Part shown: positions 29,349 to 38,815 of the stretch, one piece after another
Numbering within the stretch: position 1 is the first letter of the stretch
How the letters are laid out: the number at the start of each line of letters is the position of its first letter
Virus record (IMG/VR): IMGVR_UViG_3300047409_000248
Location: 1 to 64,000 of that record
DNA: 64,000 bases
From: a virus
Reading direction: 5' to 3' (one strand)
Notes under the pieces: generated by a model
Databases searched by the model: none
What the model saw: the letters and a program-made list of their open reading frames with translations, nothing else
What the model was told of the DNA's origin: nothing
Translations under genes and position numbers: made by a program

Positions 29349-30386
29349 TTATTTGCCGCTGCCTTCCAGCAACAACTCCTTGAGTTGCGGGATATTCGCA
29401 AGAGACTTATCCCGGCTCATGGCGTCATGAACGCACATGGAAGCGACATCCGGCAACAGTCTTGCCAGATATTTGGCGAACTGCGCCGCGTTCTTGGCCG
29501 TCATGTTGCGAGCGATGGTGCCGCCCATCAGATACTGAAAGTGAGCATCTGCGGGAAGCTTGGCCTTGACCGGATCAGCTAAGATATCCGCGATCTTCGG
29601 CAGTCCTGCTGCCAAGCGATCAAGGAAACTCTCGAACTGACGGCTAAAACCCTCGCCCAAGATAGCCAGCGCCGCGTTGCCCAGAACCGTTTTCAGGGTT
29701 TTCTGGTCCAGTCCCAGCGCATCACTATCCTTAAGAACCTTATTGAAGTTCTCAAGACTGCGCGGCGTTGGAAATGCAGCATGATTGACATCCACCTTAT
29801 GGACCAACTCAGGACGAAGCTGGAGAAACGCGATCAGGCGCTTGTCCCAGCCCCATTCCTTGGTCTTTTCGATGAAGCCCGGCTCATCTACTTCCACAAG
29901 GATATGCGCCATGCGATTTTCAAGAGGCTTGAGCATCTTGTTATCGCCACCACCATCCTCGCGGGTATTGGAGCCCAGAATGATCCGGTTCTGCTTGGGA
30001 AGCGGATAGCCGCCGCAAGACCGATCCAGAACCAACTGGTAAGTCATCTGCTGAAGCTGGACGCTGGCATGACCGAATTCGTCATAGAACATGACGTGCA
30101 TATTGTCGTCTTCTTCCGGGACGAACGCGGGCCGCGTCCAGTATGTGGCCATCTTCTCGCGGTCAATCAGCGGCATGCCCGTGCCATCCACAATATCCTT
30201 TGTGGAAAGCCTAGTGTCATGCAAACGAGACTGGGGACCAAAATCACTCCTGACCTTGGTCATGATCTCGGTATTGATGACCGCAGACTTGCCGACGCCC
30301 GTTGGTCCCTTGATCATTACCGGAACGTTGGCGTGGATCAGGGGATACGCGACTTCGGCAAGCTTGGTAATTTTGCACTTTAACAT
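29349..30386 (-). CDS. MoxR-like AAA+ ATPase
   Basis: GPTGVGKS, FYDE, PLENRMAH, FPTPRS. Confidence 0.88.
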   Translation of the reverse strand: MLKCKITKLAEVAYPLIHANVPVMIKGPTGVGKSAVINTEIMTKVRSDFGPQSRLHDTRLSTKDIVDGTGMPLIDREKMATYWTRPAFVPEEDDNMHVMFYDEFGHASVQLQQMTYQLVLDRSCGGYPLPKQNRIILGSNTREDGGGDNKMLKPLENRMAHILVEVDEPGFIEKTKEWGWDKRLIAFLQLRPELVHKVDVNHAAFPTPRSLENFNKVLKDSDALGLDQKTLKTVLGNAALAILGEGFSRQFESFLDRLAAGLPKIADILADPVKAKLPADAHFQYLMGGTIARNMTAKNAAQFAKYLARLLPDVASMCVHDAMSRDKSLANIPQLKELLLEGSGK

Positions 30387-30798
30387 CAAGGTTTTCCCTC
30401 TTGTAGAGCAGGATTGCTCAATAATGGGCTGGGATTAGCCAGCCCATAGTTTAGCAAACTGGTATCTTGAGACTTTTAGAGAAGCCATCGAGCTTTACTA
30501 TTAGCTCATTGGCTTCTTTATGATAGCCAGCGCAGAAAGACCACCAATTGATCTCTGCGATGGCTTCCGCAATTACTCGGCGAGTAATCTCTATATCGTC
30601 TTGTTGCGGATCGCCTTGACCATAAGCCATTTAGTGGCCCTCCTCATTTGGAGATTTGTGTAAACGCGTGACTGAAGCAATCAACGCGATTGCCATGCCA
30701 AGCGCATACAGGATGAACAAGATTTCCATATTCCCTCTATCTCGCACTTTCTACAAAGCACGTTTATTGGGCGATTTTATGGCGCCCAATAGACTTAC

Positions 30799-31719
30799 TC
30801 AGAGATCGTATTCTGCTGCTTCTGCAACCATCTCAGACACTTCAAGATCAAGAGTGTCCAATTCCACGACTTTGGCTAGGATATCTTTGCCGCGAATAAT
30901 AGCGTCTTTACGGGAATAGGAACTATCCCGCAATTCACTGGCGGTAAGATGTCCCAATCTTGCAATCGACCGCGCTAGCAGTTTGATGTCTTCACTCTCA
31001 GTAATATTCATATCCCTGAGAAGTTCTGATATCTCCCTGCAATTGTTCACAAGACTATCGCGGATCAGCTTGCCATCGGCTGTTGATTTATAGCTCTCCA
31101 ACCTATCGACAAATATCCCCACGATTTCCTTGGCGCGGTTTACCATGGTCATGGCGGCCTCTTTCAGCCTCGTTTCAATCTCCAGCGACATCTGGCTGGT
31201 CGCTTGCGCTACAGCCTCTTTCGCTATGTCAGCCACGAAATGGCCGGTTGAAGGCATTGGCCAATACGTGAGCTTGAACCGGAACATATCCTTTGCCTTG
31301 TTGGGACTGGGATATTCAGTGCGATCAAACAAATCGCCTAGTTCTCGCTCGCTATCGGCTATCAGTGCAGGATAAACTTGCAAATACTCATCCCATGCCA
31401 AGCGTAATTCGTGCTCAGCATCTGAGATTTTCCTTGTGAATTCATCATGCACCGCGACCGGAAGCAATCTGGTTTTGTCATCGCCCCATGGTAGAGAGTA
31501 TTTGTAAACAATTTCGCGTACCCTCTGCGATGCAGCAACAACGGCTTTGACCTTGGCATGCCTACGGTCGATAAGGAACTTGCTGGCTTTTGCGCGCCGG
31601 TCATGAAGATTGAACTTTCTTTCCACATATCCGGTTGCTGTCTTGTCGCGCCGTTCACCCAGCAATCCGCCATTTATAATGGTCACAGAAACAAGCATTG
31701 CAGATTTGGCTAGGTCCAT
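30799..31719 (-). CDS. DUF3150-like protein (usual partner of phage AAA/VWA pairs)
   Basis: SLPW...RLLP...LGDLFDRTEYPS...RDSLVNN. Confidence 0.7.
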   Translation of the reverse strand: MDLAKSAMLVSVTIINGGLLGERRDKTATGYVERKFNLHDRRAKASKFLIDRRHAKVKAVVAASQRVREIVYKYSLPWGDDKTRLLPVAVHDEFTRKISDAEHELRLAWDEYLQVYPALIADSERELGDLFDRTEYPSPNKAKDMFRFKLTYWPMPSTGHFVADIAKEAVAQATSQMSLEIETRLKEAAMTMVNRAKEIVGIFVDRLESYKSTADGKLIRDSLVNNCREISELLRDMNITESEDIKLLARSIARLGHLTASELRDSSYSRKDAIIRGKDILAKVVELDTLDLEVSEMVAEAAEYDL

Positions 31720-31989
31720 TTGAATGTTTCCCTCTTATAGAACGCTCGTTTGGCGCTCATCACTGAGGCTCTAAAGCCTCAGGACATGAACGTCATTTCT
31801 CAACCATGAGAAAGGTGGCTTTCCCATCCGATATTTGGATTATCCCGAGTTTATCGGGATGATCGAATACTTCAGCGCTATCTGGGTTGATCCAGGTTCG
31901 CTCAAATGCCGTCCAGCTAGCAGCTAGCAATCCTCCGATGAAAGCTAATTCGGCCTCTTTTGTCTCGAAAGACAGTTGATAGGCTATCA

Positions 31990-32388
31990 TCAGTGCAGTG
32001 TCTTGCCGTCTTTGCGCGGAGATTTCTGCACACCACAATCGCAAATATGATCGTGGCATTGGTCCGCTACCATTCCGAAATTATCCTCGCTGATATGGCC
32101 CATTTGCGCGGCCATGATCATGAAAGGTCTGATTGCTTCAATGGGCAATCCGATGGCTTTGCGAATTCGCTTTGCCTTGAAGATGGCATACTTGCCAACC
32201 TTAGTCGGAGCTTCGTCCATCTGCTTGGTTTCAGCGAAAAACGGCATGATAAGAAGATACCGCCAGAAGGTTTCCGCGTTGCTTTCCCATTGCGGGAAAA
32301 ACTCAGCCAGCTTGCGCTTGCTGAAAGTCACACCATTGACCCTGAAGGCCGCCGATGTCTCGTTACATTCGATGCACATGACAGGCAT
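31990..32388 (-). CDS. Hypothetical protein
   Basis: Preceded by a structured element and SD. Confidence 0.65.
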   Translation of the reverse strand: MPVMCIECNETSAAFRVNGVTFSKRKLAEFFPQWESNAETFWRYLLIMPFFAETKQMDEAPTKVGKYAIFKAKRIRKAIGLPIEAIRPFMIMAAQMGHISEDNFGMVADQCHDHICDCGVQKSPRKDGKTLH

Positions 32389-32664
32389 GGTTAAATCTCC
32401 CTCTTGTAGAGCATAATGCTCTATGCTGCGCTACGTGATTTGTACATAGCGCAGTGAAGAACATTAGACATATTCGTGGAATTGCGTTCCGTATTGCTCC
32501 GCGACCTGTTCTTTGGTCAGCGGTGGATTGCGCTTTTCGTGGATCATCTGCTTATAATTGAGCGCATAGTAAGTCACCCAATTAGCTGCATGTGGATATC
32601 CTACCATTTGGAACGGCGTCCTTGGCCGCTTCAGAAGGCGCGATATGGGCGTAGGTTGGCCATT

Positions 32665-32940
32665 TTAATGGCCCTCCTCAAACGTATCCACAAGCTCAAA
32701 ACCGGCCTCATCAAGCTCCATCGTCATATATGTTATGGGCTGGTTGATGGTTTCGGCATAAGCTTTGACGGTTTGATCTGGCGCGCAGAATATTTCATCT
32801 GCCGCTGTTTCCAGCAGTTGTTGATTTTTAATGAACCAACCAGCGCCAGCGATTTCAGCCTCATCGCGGTTTTTGGCTTCCACCTCAATCTCAATTCCGA
32901 TTGCTGCGGAGGCTTCAAAATGCACTTTAAATTTTGGCAT
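32665..32940 (-). CDS. Acidic hypothetical protein
   Basis: Preceded by a structured element and SD. Confidence 0.7.
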   Translation of the reverse strand: MPKFKVHFEASAAIGIEIEVEAKNRDEAEIAGAGWFIKNQQLLETAADEIFCAPDQTVKAYAETINQPITYMTMELDEAGFELVDTFEEGH

Positions 32941-33178
32941 GGTTTTCCCTCTTATTGAGCGTAATGCTCATCACTGAAGCCCGTAAGCTTCAGGACATGA
33001 GCACTAGATAAAACAGGCTATGATAAAGCCTATACTGCCAAAGCCTATTGTAAGGGTCAGGCAGTCAAAGATTGCAGTGCGGAATTCCGCTTCTTCCTGC
33101 GTCATGATATGAGCCATATCATTCCTGCGGCCCAGAGCGCCATATAGACGCCCCAGAACGCAACCAGATATTTGTCAA

Positions 33179-33373
33179 TCATGAGCTAACCCATGATGCG
33201 CCGCAGGCCAGATAGAATTGCTCCGCGTGAAAGTTGGCATTGGTATCGCCAAGCCGGTCAGCGAAAGCCTTTGCGACTTTCTGCTTTTCAGCTTGTTCGA
33301 TGTCCAAGCCATCAATCGTTGCGGCAATCAACTCGAAATGCCGTCGCTGCATTGATGTTTGATGTCTTGCCAT
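33179..33373 (-). CDS. Conserved small phage protein
   Basis: RRHFELIA...FADRL..TNANF...F..AC; start after the element SD. Confidence 0.7.
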   Translation of the reverse strand: MARHQTSMQRRHFELIAATIDGLDIEQAEKQKVAKAFADRLGDTNANFHAEQFYLACGASWVSS

Positions 33374-33440
33374 GGTGTTTTCCCTCTTGAAGCTTAAGCG
33401 CTTCGTGCTGCACCTATTGCTAGGTGCAGTGTCGAAAAGC

Positions 33441-33689
33441 TTATTCTGCGGCTTGCAATTCACGCGTGCTGCGCTTGATGGCAGCCCGAACCGAATTCAA
33501 CGCTCCGAAAACCTTGGATTTAATTTCCTTGTTTCCGATTGCGTTGGCATGCGGCCAAGCGAGTTCAAGCGCAGTCTTTGCAGCGCCGAATTCACCGTTG
33601 CGGATAAGACGCTCTGCGGTAGAAAGATGCAGGGTCAACGTGACTTTGTGACTGTCGCGCTCTGCATCGTTCAATTGCCTTTTTGCCAT
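33441..33689 (-). CDS. Hypothetical protein
   Basis: Flanked by two structured elements. Confidence 0.7.
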   Translation of the reverse strand: MAKRQLNDAERDSHKVTLTLHLSTAERLIRNGEFGAAKTALELAWPHANAIGNKEIKSKVFGALNSVRAAIKRSTRELQAAE

Positions 33690-33750
33690 GGTATTTCCCT
33701 CTTAGAGCGGAATGCTCTATGACGCTCTCCGTAGAGAGCGCTTAGAACAC

Positions 33751-33930
33751 TCAATCAGCGTCGTCAGTCTTGAGCGGGGAAGCGTAGTAATATTGTTCGT
33801 TCTTTGCGTACAGGAACGCTCCGAGCTTGACGACTTTAACGCCGCCGCGCTTAAGCGCCACTTCCATCGTATCGCCTTCAGCCATACGAATAGGAGATTT
33901 AACCGCCCAAACCTTTGCAAATTGTGCCAT
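33751..33930 (-). CDS. Hypothetical 59-aa protein (not in ORF track)
   Basis: MAQFAKVWAVKS...DDAD*; flanked by two structured elements. Confidence 0.65.
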   Translation of the reverse strand: MAQFAKVWAVKSPIRMAEGDTMEVALKRGGVKVVKLGAFLYAKNEQYYYASPLKTDDAD

Positions 33931-34002
33931 GTGTTTTCCCTCTCTTGAAGCAAAATGCTTCGTGCTGGAGAGTGGTTAAGCTCTCCAGTGTCGAAACACT
34001 CG

Positions 34003-34512
34003 CTAAAGACAAGCGCCAGCTTTGATCCGGAAGCGAGCGGAACTAAATCCGCCAGATACAGGGTCAGTGATTACCAGTTGACCGTCCTGGCGAAGCATCC
34101 AATTTCCGCTGTGCAAATCGCCGCTAAGATTGTTACGGCGAAGTTCAGCGACATATTCAACGATATCCGTTGCTTCGCATTGGCCGCGATTAAAGATATT
34201 ATTGAAGACACGCGCTTGTGCTGTTCTAGCACCATGTTCGTATTTGAGTTCACTCATGGTGCAGATAAGGCGTTCCATGATAGCCACGTAAAACTCATCA
34301 TGGAATTTCAGGCTGTAGACCTTGGGAGCGAATTTCCCAGCGTGGCCGTTATTCGTGGCCCATTGGATATAGGAAGGCCATTCGTCCAGTTCCCCAACCT
34401 TAATCACCTTATCGAAGGCGTTAGGAATGGAGTAAACCTTGGAATAAAGGCCGCTCCCTATCTGGAGACATCCAAGCTCTGCCAGTCTTGCCTGATATTC
34501 GCGTTGGTTCAT
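34003..34512 (-). CDS. Ser/Thr protein kinase, T7 gp0.7-like minimal kinase
   Basis: IGSGLYSKVY glycine loop, VIK, APKVY, MERL, DLHSGNWM catalytic loop, ITDP. Confidence 0.82.
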   Translation of the reverse strand: MNQREYQARLAELGCLQIGSGLYSKVYSIPNAFDKVIKVGELDEWPSYIQWATNNGHAGKFAPKVYSLKFHDEFYVAIMERLICTMSELKYEHGARTAQARVFNNIFNRGQCEATDIVEYVAELRRNNLSGDLHSGNWMLRQDGQLVITDPVSGGFSSARFRIKAGACL

Positions 34513-34600
34513 GGTGGTTTCCCTCTCTATGGCAGTTGAAAATTGCCTAACCGGCTAGACTAAACGCCTAGCCGAAATAATGTGCTGAGGTATTCTAATA

Positions 34601-34816
34601 CTAAGCTCCGATACGCCATATGTCAGAAGTGACATTATGGTGGTCGATTGCGCCGCATGATTTAAGCCCGGCTTTCACCGGGATACGAAAATCGTTTGGC
34701 CTTGTTTTCCATGTCTGAGTTTTGCCATTGCGGCGGCATTTCCAATAGTTCCCGTTGCCCATACGGGCATAAAGCGAACCATTGTCCAATGCCGTTTCAA
34801 GTGCTTCCTTTGTCAT
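34601..34816 (-). CDS. Conserved small phage protein
   Basis: RRNGKTQTWKTRPNDFRIPVKAGL motif. Confidence 0.75.
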   Translation of the reverse strand: MTKEALETALDNGSLYARMGNGNYWKCRRNGKTQTWKTRPNDFRIPVKAGLKSCGAIDHHNVTSDIWRIGA

Positions 34817-35506
34817 GGTATGTAATCCCTCTTTCGGCTAAATTGCCTAATAGCTAAAGAGGCTTAGCAGGGTAGGAAGTCGGAAAATGAATTCCGGCTA
34901 ACCACACTGCCAAGCCTCTAAAGCCAAAAAGCCAGCTTTCTAGGGCTAGCTGGTAGTAGAGAGAAAAGGGTATGGAACAGCTTGTTACGGCTGTTCCCCA
35001 TGTTGCCAAGTGCAATGCTTGGTATCATCCCCCCATGCCAACCTGCTCAATGAGACTTACGGCGCGATCCGGGGATAGGTAGCTTATGACGACCAGACGA
35101 TGCTGGCGCTACTGTCCCGCCTTGCTAGGCAATGGAAAGAGGAGTTTTAGGCGTTCTAGCCCGATTTTTATCCCCGCCATGGTTACTCTCGCTCCGCTAC
35201 ACGGGAACGCTATGCCCCTATCGCGTAAGCTACCCTAGCCATAGTCCAGAAAGGGAAATTGCTCGCAAGTATTGCCTAATGAGGGCTGGATCGCTGGAGG
35301 TTGTCTGTCCCTCCTTGGACGGCATATGGCGCTTGCTACGCCTGCCGGGACTAGGGCCTAATCGACCTAGTGGCTGAATGCGCTCTATCAAATCTCCATC
35401 TCGTTAACCTGAGATAAAGATACGCCTTTGTAGCAATCCAGTTAGTGGGTTAGACGCATGGCTGGTATGCGCTGAGATCATAACGCTTGCTAAGTGTAGC
35501 TAATCA

Positions 35507-35845
35507 ATGCATTATTGCATGGCAGGTATGCACATGACGCAGCAATGCTCTAATTGCCAATCAATCCACGATGCATCTGGGCGCTACTGTAAGCCTTGCC
35601 GAGCGGCTTATATGCGAAATTATCGCCGCATCAATCCTGCCAAGCCATCGCACGAGCAACGCTCTAAAGCCATCTGTAGGGCTACCGCTAACGTCTACAA
35701 ACGTAGAGGCAAGATAACCCTAGAACCATGTGAGCATTGCCTAGCTGATAAAGTCGAAATGCATCATGACGACTATACCAAGCCCCTAGTCGTCAGGTTC
35801 CTATGTGTCCCATGCCATAGGGCGCTGCATTATCCCGGACCATGA
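35507..35845 (+). CDS. Zn-finger/HNH-like protein, paralogous to 15586-16053
   Basis: CEHC...EMHHDDYTKPLVVRFLCVPCH. Confidence 0.7.
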   Translation: MHYCMAGMHMTQQCSNCQSIHDASGRYCKPCRAAYMRNYRRINPAKPSHEQRSKAICRATANVYKRRGKITLEPCEHCLADKVEMHHDDYTKPLVVRFLCVPCHRALHYPGP

Positions 35846-35849
35846 ATAA

Positions 35850-36250
35850 CGGGCGAAAGGGTAAGGCAATCGACCTCCCTCGCGTTGTTCCACGTGTAAC
35901 CCACATGCACATGCGAGTCATTCGCATATAGCCACATGCGAACCACTAGCAACAAGCCTCATGCCAATGAGATATGCACATAGCGCATAGACCCATGCGT
36001 GCTAAGCATATGATATTCCACAAGTTCCCACCCCCTCCCCCATGCATAGCAGCTAGCTCATCCAGATAAGAACAGTTCGCATCAAGCCTCATGCCAAGCA
36101 CCTATGCACTACAGCATTGCACCTATGCGCCCATAGGAGGGCTAGTCGATAATGATAGTCATTCGCAAAAGGGTACCTTGGGGTCGGCCAACCCGCCTAT
36201 AGGATCGCCCCGCCCAGTCGGAGCCTTCTCGGCCATTCGACCTTTATGTA
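35850..36250. repeat. Non-coding ATGC/GCAT-rich region with short direct repeats
   Basis: CAAGCCTCATGCCAA at 35953 and 36083; AGTCATTCGCA at 35916 and 36157. Confidence 0.55.
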
Positions 36251-36337
36251 AAATTTTATAGAAGACCCTTCTTGTATCGTAAGCGGTGTAAGCATATCCT
36301 GTAAGGATTGTAAGTACTGCATGTAAGGGAGCGTAAT

Positions 36338-36700
36338 ATGGATACTGAGACCATTAGAATGGCTATAGCTAGGGTGAGGCGTGGCTCTACTAACCGTGAT
36401 GTTTTGGACGTTTGTGATTTTGCGGAAAAATGTTTGGGCTCGAAACCCAAGTTGTCCGAGCTTGAGCGTAAGGAGAAGGAGCGGGAGTATATGAAGGGGT
36501 ATCGAGCTAGGCTGAGAATGAAGAGGCTGGCCAAGGAGGGGGATCGTATTGAGCAACGATCCTTGGTCAGGGCGGTGAAGGATGGGAAGCTGGAGACGAT
36601 AGACCGGATACGGCGGATGGTGGCGGACCAGCAGGCGCTGGCATCGGTTCCCCGGTTCCCCAAGGATGAGGACGATCCCAATCCATTTGAGGAGGGTTAG
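36338..36700 (+). CDS. Hypothetical protein ending PNPFEEG
   Basis: AAGGGAG SD; first rightward gene after the non-coding region. Confidence 0.65.
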   Translation: MDTETIRMAIARVRRGSTNRDVLDVCDFAEKCLGSKPKLSELERKEKEREYMKGYRARLRMKRLAKEGDRIEQRSLVRAVKDGKLETIDRIRRMVADQQALASVPRFPKDEDDPNPFEEG

Positions 36701-36891
36701 ATGGCGACGGTAAAGAAGGGGATACTGAGCAGGGCTCAGGAATGGTGGAAGCATTTGAGGGGGACCAAGCGTCCTTTCTGGAAGAGGGAGAGGAAGGCGG
36801 CGAAGCGGGATATTTCCAAAAGACTGTCTGAATAAGAACACAATCTGTACCTAGAGTGTGATCGGGTTAGGCCACATTAGAGAGGAGGTGT

Positions 36892-37182
36892 GTGATGAAG
36901 ATCACAACGACGTTTAATGATCTGGTTCAGGCCAATGCCGAGTGTGCGGGTATTATTGTGAAGCAGATGGAAGAGATTGAGAGTCTGAGGGATGCTCTTC
37001 GGATGATCGTGGAGTGGAGTAAGGCATACCCGTTGAGTGTATTCCCGGAACCTGACTTGATAAAGGCCAGCGCTCTACTAGAGGCTGGCGGGCAGACGTT
37101 GGATGCCATTAGTGCCCATGCGATGCGGCATGTGGTGGAGGGTGTGGGGGAGATCGCCAAGGGAGCCCTGAAGGAGGTTTGA
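36892..37182 (+). CDS. Conserved phage hypothetical protein
   Basis: GAGGAGG SD; W..AYPL.VFPEPD...TLDAISA..MRH. Confidence 0.7.
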   Translation: MMKITTTFNDLVQANAECAGIIVKQMEEIESLRDALRMIVEWSKAYPLSVFPEPDLIKASALLEAGGQTLDAISAHAMRHVVEGVGEIAKGALKEV

Positions 37183-37358
37183 GATGATCCATGATGTGGA
37201 TGACCAGATGGAGATGGAGCGGGCTTTGCGGGAGTGGCAGGCTGCGCGGAGGGCGATCTTTGTTTTTCCGATGACGACGCCTGCCAGCCCTGAACAACTC
37301 AGGCTATGGGAGCGGCTGGGGAATGCGGAAGATGCTCTGATGAAGATTGAGGTCTGAG

Positions 37359-37649
37359 ATGGCAAACCAGCACATCCGATCAGAAACCTTCCTGCGCTGG
37401 GGCGATATACTGGATCGGGCTTATCGGTTGGATAACCACGATGAGGTCTTGGCCGAATTTAACCACCGCATTAGTGCCATTGATCTCCAAGGAGGTCATC
37501 CACGGGATGCCAGTGACGAGCGATACGCATTGTGTACCCGTGTGATGCAGGAGGTGATGGGAGAGAAGGAAGTTGAGGTAACGCTGGATGCCCAAGCAGA
37601 CGAGTATGAGGAGTGCATGCGTGCACAGGAACTGATGGAAACTCTCTGA
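37359..37649 (+). CDS. Small protein with acidic C-terminal tag
   Basis: Ends QADEYEECMRAQELMETL. Confidence 0.65.
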   Translation: MANQHIRSETFLRWGDILDRAYRLDNHDEVLAEFNHRISAIDLQGGHPRDASDERYALCTRVMQEVMGEKEVEVTLDAQADEYEECMRAQELMETL

Positions 37650-37999
37650 TGGCAAAGATGGCAAATCTGAATACATTTACAGGCATCATTGAGCATATCA
37701 GGCCATACATTCGGCATGAAGCGGAAGCCACTGGCGTCTTTATGAATACCCAGATTAATTATTGCGATGACACGTTATTTCTGAGTGCTGTCTACGAGAA
37801 AAATGAGAACCACAGCATCCTCCTTACCAGAGAGGAGGTAGAGCAACGGCGCTGGATGCCTCTGGTCGAGGAAAGAGTGCGCGCTGCCATCCAAGCGGTC
37901 AAGCCTGACATCTCTCTTTCCTGCCAAGCCGACGAATACGAGGAGACCATGAAAGCAGAAGAGATCATAGAAGAGTTAACGCCGGTCGGGGCCAAATAA
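37649..37999 (+). CDS. Small protein with acidic C-terminal tag
   Basis: TGATG coupling; QADEYEETMKAEEIIEEL. Confidence 0.65.
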   Translation: MAKMANLNTFTGIIEHIRPYIRHEAEATGVFMNTQINYCDDTLFLSAVYEKNENHSILLTREEVEQRRWMPLVEERVRAAIQAVKPDISLSCQADEYEETMKAEEIIEELTPVGAK

Positions 38000-38263
38000 T
38001 GAGCCGCATATCCAAAAAGAAAGAACGGTCTTGGCGACTTCGCAAGAAGCGTTGGAAACTCCAGCCCAAGGATTACGACAGGCGAGACGATACGATGGCT
38101 ATCGTGGCTGCCGATCTGGCTGATTGGCAATGGAAGGCTCTCCCTGAAGAGAGCAAGGAGATTTACCGCGCCAGAGCGGAAAAGGCCTTTTCTGTCTTCT
38201 CCTCAAAATAGACTTAATTGAGTGTGATCTGATATTCACAAACATAAAGAGGGAAAACACTAC

Positions 38264-38815
38264 ATGGCTAACGAACCCAAGATCGGTCAGTTGCTGACCA
38301 GCCATCTCGCTGACCGAGATGCAATCCATATCGCGGTGGCGCCCGTGATCGCAGCGGAAGAACTGCGTCCGGGACAGCACGTTGGCTTTGTCAAAGACGG
38401 AGACACTACTGTTGTTGGTCCGAACGCCAACTCTCTTATTGGCATCATCGATCCATATCTGGATGAGATCGTTCATCCCGGTGCAGCCTGCTGGCTGTTC
38501 CTGTATCCGCAGACGATTACCTCGCTGCGCCATAACTGGACGCATCCAGCCTTTGGCGAAAAGAAGCCCGTCATTTCAAGTTCTGAAAGGTGGCTTAGAG
38601 ACTTCGCCGATGAAGTTGATGCTGACTATGATGAAATGATGCATGTTGCGTCTACTCATTGTACCGGCAATAAAGACCGTTGGCCTGACTACTTAATTGA
38701 TGGCGGCAAATGGGAAGGCACGAGCACACCAGAAGAATTCTGGACGCATTTCACTGCCGTAACCGGCAAGACGCCAACCGATGGCCCGACTGGCATATTT
38801 TCCTGTGGCTGCTAA
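38264..38815 (+). CDS. Conserved phage hypothetical protein
   Basis: RDAIHIAVAPV...GIIDPYL...WLFLYPQTITSLRHNWTHPAF...FSCGC; AGAGGGAAA SD. Confidence 0.75.
   Translation: MANEPKIGQLLTSHLADRDAIHIAVAPVIAAEELRPGQHVGFVKDGDTTVVGPNANSLIGIIDPYLDEIVHPGAACWLFLYPQTITSLRHNWTHPAFGEKKPVISSSERWLRDFADEVDADYDEMMHVASTHCTGNKDRWPDYLIDGGKWEGTSTPEEFWTHFTAVTGKTPTDGPTGIFSCGC

Larger units (their letters stand above)
29281..34002 (-). ncRNA. Family of at least 8 structured intergenic RNA elements (long irregular hairpin, alternative 3' hairpin, AGAGGGA SD)
   Basis: Copies at 29281-29351, 30390-30458, 31720-31795, 32389-32466, 32941-33007, 33374-33443, 33690-33753 and 33931-34002, with covarying stems. Confidence 0.75.

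Noticed and set aside
32464-32663. Apparent -1 break (MANLRP / ISRLLKRPRT...EYV*) or read-through of TAA 32665
   Set aside because: No canonical slippery heptamer; a single missing C in a short run explains it, so an assembly indel or pseudogene is more likely.
31720-33007. CUGA...UGAUGAG in two elements resembling a hammerhead ribozyme core
   Set aside because: There is no contiguous CUGAnGA plus GAAA core with three stems, and the other six copies lack these bases.
29281-34002. Repeated hairpins as a CRISPR array, rho-independent terminators or attC sites
   Set aside because: Copies differ in sequence and are separated by whole genes, no cas or integron integrase is present, and there is no U-tract after the stems on the coding strand.
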